A stretch of DNA of 64,000 nucleotides from Girardia tigrina (lineage: Eukaryota): contig MQRK01210222.1 in assembly GCA_001938485.1 (NCBI GenBank), forward strand, positions 1 through 64,000, given 5' to 3'. Positions 27,714 through 39,285 of this stretch are shown here, piece by piece. Every line of letters starts with the position of its first letter. Position 1 is the stretch's first letter. Under the pieces are notes generated by a model. The model was not told the origin of the DNA. It was given only the letters and a program-made list of their open reading frames with translations, and did no database searches. The translations under genes were made by a program, and so were the position numbers.

Positions 27714-29065
27714 TGAGGGTTTTGCATAAGTTCCCGCCGTTTTTTAAACATTTATTTTCAAAGAAATCAAAGAATTTTAACAACCAAAATAATGACTCAG
27801 TTAATTATATATTTAATGAAATCATAAAATTTTAACAGCAAAAATAATAACACTTCAATCAATTATGTACTCTCCTTCATTGTTCACTAGTTATTCCCAT
27901 CTTTCCACCAGTTTGTTGATTCCATTTTGCCAGAAATCCTTAGGTCGTTTGTCGAAGAAGTTGTTGAGCCAATTCTCAAGATGGTCCTGATTTTCGAAGC
28001 TAATACCCCTCATTTCATTTGAAAGGCAGCGGAAGAGATGGTAATCCGTCGGGGCGAGGTCTGGAGAATATGGAGGATGTTGAAGGACCTCCCAACCGAG
28101 CTCTTGGAGTGCCATCTTGACAGTTTTTACGGTGTGTGGTCGAGCATTGTCATGGAGGAGGATCACCTGGCCTTGTCGATCCGGTCTTTTTTGTTGAATT
28201 GCCTCATTGACTCGATGCAATTGGGCTTTATAGAAATTCTTTTCTACTGTCATGTTCTTTCCAAGCATTTCCCAGTGGATTAGACCTTCCCAATCCCCCC
28301 ATACGCAAATCATTGTCTTCATCGGGTGAAAGTCTTTCTTGATCCTGGGCTTATGCTTCTCTCCAGGACTCACTCATTCTTTCTTTTGCTTCATTTTCAC
28401 ATAGAGACACTATTTCTCGTCTCCAGTGACAATTCTGTATAAGAAACGTTGCCTGTGGCCATGGGTTCCTTGGTGTGGAGCGAGATTTTGAGAAGCAATG
28501 GAAAGCCGCTTATCCTTCTGTTTTTGGGTGAGTTCGTGCGGGACCCAAGCTCCAAGCTTTTGAGTGAAACCCATCGACTGAAAGTGGCGTGAAATTGTCG
28601 CAAAATCGCAATTCATCTTTTCGGTCAATTCTCTGCATGTCTGGCGGCCATCTTCCTTCAAAATATCCCCGAGTTGGTCCTCGTCCATCTCGACTGGTCT
28701 TCCGGAACGAGGAGCGTCGTTGAGGTCGAATTATCGTGTTTGAACCTGGCAAATCAATCCCGAGTAGTTCTCTCAGCTATAGCGTCCTCTTGATACACGG
28801 CACAAATATCTCTGGTTGCTTCACTCGCTTTTTGACCTCGATTAAAGGCGAAAAGAAGGTGTCAAAAATGCGATTTTTTGTCGACTTGACAATCCATTTG
28901 ATGGTTCTAAAAAAGACAAAAAAATAATATAGGCAAAAATGATTACTTTAATCTTGTAGAGCATAGCACGGGCTTTCTAATGGTATATAACACTGCCAAA
29001 CATAAAAAAAGTCTTTCTAGAACAAACAGTTTCATGTAACGGCGGGAACTTATGCAACAACCCAA
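27714..29065 (-). mobile_element. Full-length mariner, pseudogenised
   Basis: TIR TTGGGTTGTTGCATAAGTTCCCGCCGTT, TA TSD; WVPHEL, TGDEK, HDNARPH, YSPDLAPTD. Confidence 0.96.
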
Positions 29066-29616
29066 TAAATACTTATTTAAAATATGCTTACAGTAATAAC
29101 AATTGATATATTTTAATAAAATTTATGAAATAAGTTTAAATAAATTTTAAAATAAATAATTAACGGATTAATATTTTAAGAAATAACTTATTTAATAAAA
29201 TGGTTTATTGTAAATTTAAATTAATTAGTTTTTATGATAAAATTTCGTAAAAATATTTGAATTAATTTAAAGTTTAAATTTCTTAAATTTTCAAAATTTA
29301 ATCGAAAATATTTAATGAATTAATTTTGGGCTAAATAATTGAATTATTAAGAAATTTGTTTAAATATGTGAATTGTTGATATTAATAAATTTTGTGGTGT
29401 TAAATTATGATTTCGGAATTTGATAATACTGAAAGTGGCATAAACGCTACTTACAGGGAATATTAATATAAGACATTCCTTTTTATAAGACATATGTAGT
29501 TTTTTAAAAAATTTTATTTGATAATTTGAAAAATAAAAAAATGTGTAAATTTTAAAAATTGTTATACAAAATTTGTTTTTAAAAGTAATTTTAAATTAAT
29601 CATTTCTCATCCCTTC

Positions 29617-30918
29617 ATGTACCAAAAAAGAAAAGATTACACAGTAAAATATAAAATGGATGTCCTTGAGGAGTCCCGTAACAGAAATTTAACGGAATAT
29701 TGTAAAGAAATGAAATGAAAGGATACCTGAGACTTGTGCGCAAATGGCGAGCAAAGTATGAAACAATTCTTCAGCAGAATTTACTGGGTCTTTATGATAG
29801 AAGAAAAATAGAATCAGAGAAAAAAGTCCGTTTTAATGATTTAGAAATGAATTATTCAATTGGATCTTGTTGAGAATAGAATCAAATTTTGTAGTCCAAA
29901 GATCAGATTTTCAAAAGTTGGCGATTAGTCTCGCAAATGAACATAACATTTCTTCTGATGAATTTAAAGCATCGCAACGTTGTTTAGATCGAATTTTGGA
30001 AACTTATAATCTTAGCATTATACGTTCAACAACATTATTTAAAATTGAAGACTCTGAAATAATTAAGCTTGCTCTTGAGTACATTAAATTTATTGATAAT
30101 ATTAATTTTAATAAATATCAGCTGTCGGAAATCGTTACAATGGATGAAAAGGCCGTTTACCTAGAACGAAATTCTCAAAGCACTATAAATTTAAAAGGTT
30201 CTTCATTCGCTTATATACCGGCCACTGGATATGAAAGTCCACGGGTTACGTGTATATTGGTAATAAGAATGGAATGCTCGAAAGTTGTTTCGTTCATTAT
30301 TATAAGGGAAAAAAGAGAAAATGGAAAAAGTTAATGGTATTTACATCTTGCCTTCACCAAAGACATGGTGTACTCAAGAAGTTATTACAAATGGATTGAT
30401 GTTGTTTTTCCTTTAGTCCTTAGATGTGCCAGAAAAGGCCTCATGGTTTAGGATTCAGCTAGTACTCATAGATCTGCAGCTATGGAGTTTTTAAAAGAGC
30501 ATCAAATCGATCGAATTATGATACCATCTGAAATGACAGCATATTTACAGTCACTTGATTTAGCTATCAACAAGCCATTTAAAGGTTTTTTAAAGGAAGA
30601 AATAAATGATTTTATTGAAAACCGACAGATACGAAACGATAATGGTAATTATGACTAACCAAATATTCAAGAAATATCAGGGTGGGTAAAGAAAGCATGT
30701 GAAAAAATATCACCCATACTGTTAAGAATTTCATACACTCTAGTTATTTATCCTTTGATAAACGATTCGAAGATACTTTTATCGCTAAACACGAAAGATT
30801 AGGTGATCAAGTATTATGAGCATTTAACTTGAATTCGATTGATGACGAGGAAGAAGCTTTAAACGGTTATGAAAACGAATATTCTATGGAAGAAGATAAG
30901 ATTTATGTCAAAGAATAA
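29617..30918 (+). pseudogene. pogo/Tc2 transposase pseudogene (Brinker-like DBD, CENP-B-like HTH, DDE)
   Basis: MYQKRKDYTVKYKMDVL, FKASQRCL, MDEKAVY, TGYE, DSASTH, LQSLDLAINKPFK; stops and frameshifts. Confidence 0.88.
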
Positions 30919-32432
30919 ATTTATTTGTGGTTTTTAGTCTTAATTTTTTCTATTTTTTGTTTCTAATTTCGAAAATATCCAAGTATAAGATGTACTGGTA
31001 ATTTTTCTATCGAACTTGAAAGAAGACAGTGTTTTATATTTCGAGAAACATGGTACCATCATAAATTGTTCAAATATTTATATTGTACTTTTTATCAAAA
31101 TTAATTAACCAAAAACTTATTTAGTCTGAGCAATGCGGATTATCATTTTCGTATTAGAAACTGAATTTATTTTGAGAAACATTATAAAAGTATTTTTTTT
31201 TTAATTTTTCTGCAATATTTATTATTTATGGTGATATTTAGTATTTTGAAAAGAGCATTTTTAATTATAAAATTTTTAATTATAAAATTTTTATGATAAT
31301 ATTTTAAATATATTTTAATATTTAAAGTGTTTGTATCAACAAATTAAATCGAAAAAAATGTTTAAACTCAGTAAAATCAGACGTTGATTAATACTTTGAA
31401 ACCGAAAAATATAAAAAAAAATCATTATCGTTTTTATAATATAAATTTAAATTGAAACACTAATTGTTTGTAAAAACAAAGAAATAAAATAGAAGATAAT
31501 TATAATCTAAAATAATAATATTCCAAATCTTTAGAAGTTTAAGTTCTTACAGAATTCACAAAAACTTAAAGACAAGGTCATCATATGTCATAGTCAGAGG
31601 GGTACTTATTGAATAAATCTACATGGTGTATCATATTTTCATTTAATTTCAACAACCTTTTCTTTCTATAATTTTTATTGTTCAGTGTTCATATTTTTTT
31701 GAAATAAAGAAATAATGAAACTATGATACCTAACAACGATATCAAAATATAATATCTAAATCAGAATAATAAAGAATTTGATGGCCTCGTGTCACACACT
31801 CAAGACAAATATTTATCAAATACTATTGTATTTCGAGGATTTATAAGAACAATATGAGCAGAAAAAAAGATGTCACAAAGTTGAACCATATAATTGAAAA
31901 TATAATATATTAGATCCCCAGCATGTATTTAAACAGATCAGTGTGATTTCCCCTTGTTTTTTATTGTCGGTTATTAAAAAATAATAAGAGATTAAAAAAT
32001 CAATAATAGATAAAGATCAAAAATTACATAAAATATTAAAATTAATTGACTAATGTCAATTAGTTTGTGCTAATTTTCTATCAATCTAATTTCTTTGCTC
32101 ATCTCACAAAAATATAATCGTTTGGTCAATCAACATTTTATCTATCTAGATGTAGATGTCAGAGTCACCACGACATCCTTTCTTCATTCAACATCAAAAT
32201 ATTCGTTCATTCAGCAGTCTCAATCACAAGGAATAAAACAATTGTAGTAGATTATCTACTCGTCACGGATTATTCTACCGACATTACTCTGAATCCTTCT
32301 GCAATACAACACGAACCCCGAAACATAATATTATTTATTTGTTTCGATACCAGTAAATACATTCAATAAACTTACATAAATAAACTCTATTCTTAACTCT
32401 AATTATCTGGAAATAAAAAATTCTTGTTAATA

Positions 32433-32977
32433 TTAGGTTGGTCGAAAAATAATGGCGGTTTTGGGACACAAACTTCAAAGACGTGCAAATTCACAGAAAC
32501 AAAAGTTTATTAATCAAAGTATGAACCGTTGGCATCAATACATTTTTGCCAANGAGAAACAAGTTGTTTTATTCCATCAGCATAAAATGCATCGGTTCTC
32601 GAAGCGACGAATTCTTGGAAGTCATTTTGAGCATCATTTTGGTTTTTGAAAATTTTTTCACGTAGGAAGTTGTATAAATACCTGAAAAAGTAGAAGTCCG
32701 TTGGCGAGAGGTCTGGTGAATATGGTGGATGAAGCAGGGTTTCATAGCCCAACTCATTATGCTTTTGAAGAGTCACTTTTGAAATATGAGGTCTAGCGTT
32801 ATCATGAAGAAGGATGGGACTTTTTCGATTGACCAATCCCGGACAAAAGGTTTTCAATTTTTTATGCATTTCATCAATTTCATGACAGTACCTCTCCTCT
32901 GTGATTGTTTCACCTGGATTCAAGAAACTATAGTGGATGATTCCAGCATCACACCACCAAACTGTCACCATAACCTT
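32433..32977 (-). mobile_element. Cecropia-subfamily (Hsmar1-like) mariner 3' half
   Basis: TIR TTAGGTTGGTCGAAAAATAATGGCGGTT; MVTVWW..IHYSFLNPGETIT..LLHDNARPH..YSPDLSPTD..NGSYFD. Confidence 0.95.
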
Positions 32978-33189
32978 ACGGGGTGTAATGCATACTATCA
33001 GGTCGAACTAGAGGAAGATTTAAAATAATAATAACTATTTTTTCAAAATATCGTGTTTATTTTAAATAAAAAATTGTTTAAATATTGTTGTTTTTTAAAA
33101 AGTAAAACCCAGTCCCGAGAAAAATTATACTATTGAATTTAAACTTAAATTCTAGAAGAACTTTATTCTTCTAATCAATTGATAGTAAC

Positions 33190-33540
33190 GTTTTGTCCTA
33201 TTAGCCATTCAAAGATTATTTAAGAGAAGAAATTAACAACTACATTGAATATAGAATGATAAGAAACGCCCGTGGAAATCTAACTAAACCTACATTCGAT
33301 GAAGTTACAAGATGAATTACTAAAGCATGGACCACGATCCCCCCGAAGATAATACAAAATGGTCTTCTTGCTTCATATTTAGTGCCTGCTCAATGCTTTT
33401 CAGAAATTTCAATTTATAAACATCAAAATTATGGTGAGAAAATTAAAAATACTTTAGAAAAAAACAACAGAATCAGCCCGTAAATCGAGAGATTTGGCGA
33501 GGATGTTGACTTGCATGATGAAACTGTTGTTTTTGAATAA
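33190..33540 (+). mobile_element. pogo/Tc2 transposase C-terminal fragment
   Basis: PFKDYLREEINNYIEYRMIRNARGNLTKP, homologous to 30570-30700. Confidence 0.7.
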
Positions 33541-33636
33541 ATTTTGTTATTTATCGTTAGACTTATTTGTTGAAGTTATAAGATATTATATCTTTAATGT
33601 GTATTGTTCGTGTGTTAAAGTGATTTATTATATATA

Positions 33637-34398
33637 GGGGGTTGGGGCAAATTCGTCAGTTTTTTTTACATTTTTTAAATGTAAAAATTTCCACATAGTT
33701 ATGATCTTCAATATTAATGGCTACTTTTGCCGACATAGACACACTTTACAAACACCTCTAATCATTCTTGGATTGAATTATTTTATGAACAATTAAATTG
33801 CAAAAATCTAACCACGACGAATTTGCCCCACCCTGGGGTAAATTCGACATATTCCATAACTGTAATTTAAAAAAAATATTCAAGACGCTTGCTTAGCTAA
33901 TATTTATTTTTCACAACAATTTTTATGTATCCACTGGAATTATTAGTACAAAACGTGATAAAAAATAATAACCAAGAATATTTATTAGCCAGATAAAAGA
34001 CTGCGAAATAATTATCTAAAATGAGAAGAGAATTCAGTCAAATCATCCGAGAAGTAATAAATTAAATGTACCATTTTAGGTGGAGTAGGAATACGGACAA
34101 TGTCATCGCTGCTATAAAATGATATGTCGACCCTTGGAGGGTAAACAAATTGGTTCATACTATTGCCATGTTTTCGCACGCATTGTATGTACAATCTTGT
34201 TCTGGTTTATTTACACATCGAACAACTGAACCAACATAATAAAGTGGATGTGAACTCTTACTCTGCTAACGAGAGGGAAATGAGGGAATGAATTTCACCA
34301 CAACAAAGTCATTAAGTTGTGGTTTCTGACGAGAGGAAGATGCTTGATCATTCTGAGATTGTTGTTTAGAATAACACAACGAATTTGCCCCACCCCCC
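33637..34398 (-). mobile_element. Non-autonomous TIR element (pogo-like)
   Basis: 20-bp TIRs GGGGG(T/G)TGGGGCAAATTCGT, TA flanks, internal copies of GGGGCAAATTCG; residual DFVVVKF..YYVG..FVYP..DDIV. Confidence 0.75.
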
Positions 34399-35167
34399 TA
34401 ATTCTAATATACGAAATTTTATTTGTCTCAATGCTCTTAACAATTATAGGTCAAACACAGTCAGTGATTAATAAAATAATCATATTAAAATTATAATTAA
34501 AAAGTGAACGTTGACAATACGATCTTCATACGGGAATGAGGCATATTTAAATAAATATCATAATTGACCGTAATTTAACCAACCCCCACAAACCAATGCC
34601 CGTATTATTTAAAAATCGCAAAACTTGAAACTACATTATAATTACAATATTTTGTTTACATATAAAAGATTGTTTCATAGTTATGTTAACTGGCGAACGG
34701 AAGATGAGAATCGAATAAATAATCCGTACTTAACATTAAAAAAAAATAATATACAAGTTTATAGACAGCAGAATTAAAACAATCTAAATTATAAAAAAAA
34801 CGTTATGTTGAATTTTTAATAAATTTCTTTTTCATCGATTTTTTGTTTGTTCAGGTTGAATTTAGATGAGTAAATTCATTCAGAATGTTTCCACAATTGA
34901 TCATGTAAAATGAGAGCAATAATGACACTCACAGACGTCTGTTTTGAGCTACTCGAAACTTTAATGAAACTTTCTAAAATAAAAATTTGATTAATTTTAA
35001 GGGATATTTGTGGCCAGAATTAAGTCATAAAGATAATATTTTACGATTGTGCTTTATGAATTAAATAAATAAAGTAATTATTGTAATTTTTTATGATAGA
35101 TTCCATTCCATTTTGAGCTCCAATTTGAAATCATAAGTTCTAAAATAATAGATTTAGCTAACTAAAA

Positions 35168-35215
<48 letters not shown>

Positions 35216-35265
35216 NNNNNNNNNNNNNNNNNNNNNNNNNNNNNNNNNNNNNNNNNNNNNNNNNN

Positions 35266-35326
<61 letters not shown>

Positions 35327-35327
<1 letters not shown>

Positions 35328-36090
35328 TAGGAAAGGACCTGTCATATATGACGGTTGAGCTGAATTTTCGTCTGTCAAAGTTTCTGTTTAATTTTTAAAT
35401 CGTAATTATTATATTGTTCCGAATTCTGTGTTTATTTGGCACTCGGTTCATTAAGTCGGCTCCCAGTGCCTTTCGGTAAAGGCACTGCGCATACAGAACC
35501 GTCTCTATGCGAGCTATGTAGATTGATCTCAACTTTACGTGGATTCCCTCCCTGTTTTTCTATCATTCTGCATTTAATCAGCATATATATGATGATATTA
35601 AATTTTGAGATTGAACGACAAGCCGTGAATCAGATGATAACGAAATTTTGTAAATTTATACTACCGTACTCATTGAGTTATTTGAACTCTGAGTTATTTA
35701 AACTCTCAGTTATTTGAAGAAAATAGTAAAATTTTGATTTAATAAAAAATGATTTAATGGCATTTTTGAAATTAGGACATAATTTTCATAATTGAGTTAT
35801 TTGAGTAATTGAGTTATATGAACTTTTTACAAATCCCCAAGGACTCAAATAAATCATCGGCTACTGTAAATTGATTTTTAGAAATATAATTAGTAAATAA
35901 AAGATGGAAATTGTCATCTATCAATTGAATACTTTCCCGGTAACCGTTGCAGTACTGAGAGAACCTTTTTGATGCGAGCTATCCAAATTGACCACGTCAT
36001 AATTGCTCCTGCAATTTCACATTTTGATCATAATATATTATTGTGTCTTGTTAAAGCTAATTTAATATTTTTGGAAAATAATTTTCTTAG
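35327..36090 (-). mobile_element. Non-autonomous Helitron-like repeat, copy 2
   Basis: Canonical minus-strand 3' end: CCGTCATATATGACAGG hairpin, then CTAG|T. Confidence 0.75.
35664..35866. mobile_element. 203-bp Tigger/pogo-type MITE nested in the Helitron
   Basis: CCGTA.../...TACTG ends, TA TSD, TGAGTTATTTG repeats; empty site in paralog at about 38950-38970. Confidence 0.8.
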
Positions 36091-36540
36091 TGCTGTTTTA
36101 AGAAATTGAATATTGTAGATATTTCGGAACTTCATTTTACATCATCATCAATTAAATAAAATAGAGTTACATTGTTATCTCAAAACTCGCATTAATGAGC
36201 CGTTACAATCAAGTCAATTACTCTATTATTTACTATATTATTTATTTTATCAAAATAAACCGTTGAATTCAAATAATATCGGCAATAATAACAATTGGAA
36301 AAGACGAAGAGAACATTTTCATAAAACCAGTGCATTTACGCCAGTGAACAGTCACCACAAAAACTCGTCCATCAATTCATCGAATTTCAACATCTATAAT
36401 TCGACAAGACGACAAGCGACCGTTTTGCCGAGAATCACACAATAATGATTTATTTTTACTAAATAAATCATTATTTTTAAAATTTACTGCACAATATTTT
36501 AAAATTAGTTGTTTAAAATATTGTGCAGTAATTTTAAAAA

Positions 36541-36730
36541 TTATTGGGAAAGAGTTACTTGTGAGGTATTGATTAAATCACTTAATCCGTCCATTAATGT
36601 ACAAACAAGTCTCTCTTCCAATTTGTTGAAAATATTTAATAAGGTATTACGCAAGATGTTTGCATAATCATCAATTTGCTCTATATAAGACAGCGAAATT
36701 GTTGTTAATTCAGCCTGAAGATGGTGAAAA
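36541..36730 (-). mobile_element. Possible retrotransposon gag-like remnant
   Basis: EQIDDYANILRNTL...TLMDGL resembles gag MHR-region pattern. Confidence 0.3.
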
Positions 36731-36924
36731 ATCCACCGAAATATATTGTGACAATAAAATTTGATTTTAATGGCGTTCTTAAAAATAAATAATAGCATCT
36801 ATGATTTATTTTAAAATTAACTAAACACTCGAAGAAGAACAGTGAGCTCCTTAGAGGTCATAACTTAATGTAAATATACTAAACATTTCATCATACAATA
36901 ATAAAAATAATGTTATACTAAAAT

Positions 36925-36956
<32 letters not shown>

Positions 36957-37941
36957 NNNNNNNNNNNNNNNNNNNNNNNNNNNNNNNNNNNNNNNNNNNN
37001 NNNNNNNNNNNNNNNNNNNNNNNNNNNNNNNNNNNNNNNNNNNNNNNNNNNNNNNNNNNNNNNNNNNNNNNNNNNNNNNNNNNNNNNNNNNNNNNNNNNN
37101 NNNNNNNNNNNNNNNNNNNNNNNNNNNNNNNNNNNNNNNNNNNNNNNNNNNNNNNNNNNNNNNNNNNNNNNNNNNNNNNNNNNNNNNNNNNNNNNNNNNN
37201 NNNNNNNNNNNNNNNNNNNNNNNNNNNNNNNNNNNNNNNNNNNNNNNNNNNNNNNNNNNNNNNNNNNNNNNNNNNNNNNNNNNNNNNNNNNNNNNNNNNN
37301 NNNNNNNNNNNNNNNNNNNNNNNNNNNNNNNNNNNNNNNNNNNNNNNNNNNNNNNNNNNNNNNNNNNNNNNNNNNNNNNNNNNNNNNNNNNNNNNNNNNN
37401 NNNNNNNNNNNNNNNNNNNNNNNNNNNNNNNNNNNNNNNNNNNNNNNNNNNNNNNNNNNNNNNNNNNNNNNNNNNNNNNNNNNNNNNNNNNNNNNNNNNN
37501 NNNNNNNNNNNNNNNNNNNNNNNNNNNNNNNNNNNNNNNNNNNNNNNNNNNNNNNNNNNNNNNNNNNNNNNNNNNNNNNNNNNNNNNNNNNNNNNNNNNN
37601 NNNNNNNNNNNNNNNNNNNNNNNNNNNNNNNNNNNNNNNNNNNNNNNNNNNNNNNNNNNNNNNNNNNNNNNNNNNNNNNNNNNNNNNNNNNNNNNNNNNN
37701 NNNNNNNNNNNNNNNNNNNNNNNNNNNNNNNNNNNNNNNNNNNNNNNNNNNNNNNNNNNNNNNNNNNNNNNNNNNNNNNNNNNNNNNNNNNNNNNNNNNN
37801 NNNNNNNNNNNNNNNNNNNNNNNNNNNNNNNNNNNNNNNNNNNNNNNNNNNNNNNNNNNNNNNNNNNNNNNNNNNNNNNNNNNNNNNNNNNNNNNNNNNN
37901 NNNNNNNNNNNNNNNNNNNNNNNNNNNNNNNNNNNNNNNNN

Positions 37942-38187
37942 ATTTGTACAACTTCCTACGTGAAAAAATTTTCAAAAACCAAAATGATGCTCAAAATGCC
38001 TTCCAAGAATTCGTTGCTTCGAGAACCGATGCATTTTATGCTGATGGAATAAAACAACTTATTTCTCGTTGACAAAAATATATTGATGCCAACGGTTCAT
38101 ACTTTGATTAATAAACTTTTGTTTCTGTGAATTTGCACGTCTTTGAAGTTTGTGTCCCAAACCGCCATTATTTTTCGACCAACCTAA
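37942..38187 (+). mobile_element. Cecropia mariner 3' end; remainder probably inside the gap 36958-37941
   Basis: Near-identical inverted copy of 32433-32680; TIR then (TA)n. Confidence 0.92.
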
Positions 38188-38199
38188 TATATATATATA

Positions 38200-39285
38200 T
38201 ATATAATATTTGTCTAAAAATGTTTTTTTTGTTTGCTTGTTTGTTTATCGCCTACGCTATAAGCAAAAAGTGAAATTTCGGGGAAGTGGAGCGAATCCAT
38301 GTAAGGACGTAGTTAATCTGGATTGCCTGCATCGAGATGGTTCCGTCGGTACAGCGATTTCTCCGAAAGACGCTGGGAAGTCGATGAAATCGACCGAAAT
38401 CCATGCGCATCGTTAAATTGTTAAATGAACATCAATTTCGAATAATGCCGATTTGGATGATTCCTACAAATAATTTCCTTAGAATTTTTATGAAAGCACT
38501 AATAAAATACTAATTTGTTAAATGACAATTTATATTACTTATTTACAAAATATATTGCTGAAAATCAATTTAGAATAAGTGTGCAAATTTTCGTTATTAA
38601 TAATAACATCAATATTTTATTTATATAGGGTTAGTGGGTTATGGTTTAGGGTTATATTTAGGAGTTAAGGTTAGGGTTTTAGTTGAGGTTAGGGTTATGC
38701 TTAGTGTTTAGGTTATTTTTTTATTAAATATGTTCAATCATTATCTTTCTTCCTTTGCCGAAAGCCGAAGAAATCGACCGAAAACCGTGTTGTTCGAAAG
38801 ATTGTTAAATCAACACCAAATTCGAATAATTCCAATTTGTATGATTCCTAAAAGGAATTTCTAGAGAACTTTTTTAATAATACTAATTTCATAATTATTC
38901 AATGGATAGATGACAATTTCTATCAGTTATTTACTAATTATATTTCTAAAAATCAATTTAGTATAAAATTGCAAAATTTCGTTATCATCTGATTCACGGT
39001 TTATCGGCCACGCTCAAATTTTACTATCATCATATATATGCTGATTAAAGATGAAATGATAGGAAAACAGAGAGTGAATCCACGTAAAGTTGAGGTCATA
39101 GAGACGGTTCTGTCTGTGCAGCGCCTTTGCCGAAAGGCGCCAGGAACCGATGTAATTGACTGAATGTTAAATAAACACAGAATTCGAACAAATAAATAAA
39201 AAATATAATAATTATGATTTAAAAATTAAAGCAGAAACTTTGAAAGATGAAAATTCAACTTACCCGTCATAATTTTTTTTCTTGT
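38200..39285 (+). mobile_element. Non-autonomous Helitron-like repeat, copy 3
   Basis: Inverted homolog of copies 1 and 2; 5' GTTTGCTTGTTTGTTT tract; 3' CCCGTCATA...CTTGT. Confidence 0.7.
38626..38715 (+). repeat. Degenerate telomere-like (TTAGGG) tract
   Basis: TAGGGTTAGTGGGTTATGGTTTAGGGTTA...GTTAGGGTT. Confidence 0.7.

Larger units (their letters stand above)
27527..31053 (+). mobile_element. pogo/Tc2-like DNA transposon carrying a nested mariner
   Basis: TIRs CCGTGTTTCTCCAAAAATAAGAC / GTTTTATATTTCGAGAAACATGG, TA TSD, subterminal TATAAGAC repeats. Confidence 0.75.

Noticed and set aside
32157-32356. Exon-like segment MSESPRHPFF...
   Set aside because: In-frame stop, no convincing donor, no recognisable family
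36926-37975. 349-aa ORF
   Set aside because: Artefact of an N gap plus (TA)n
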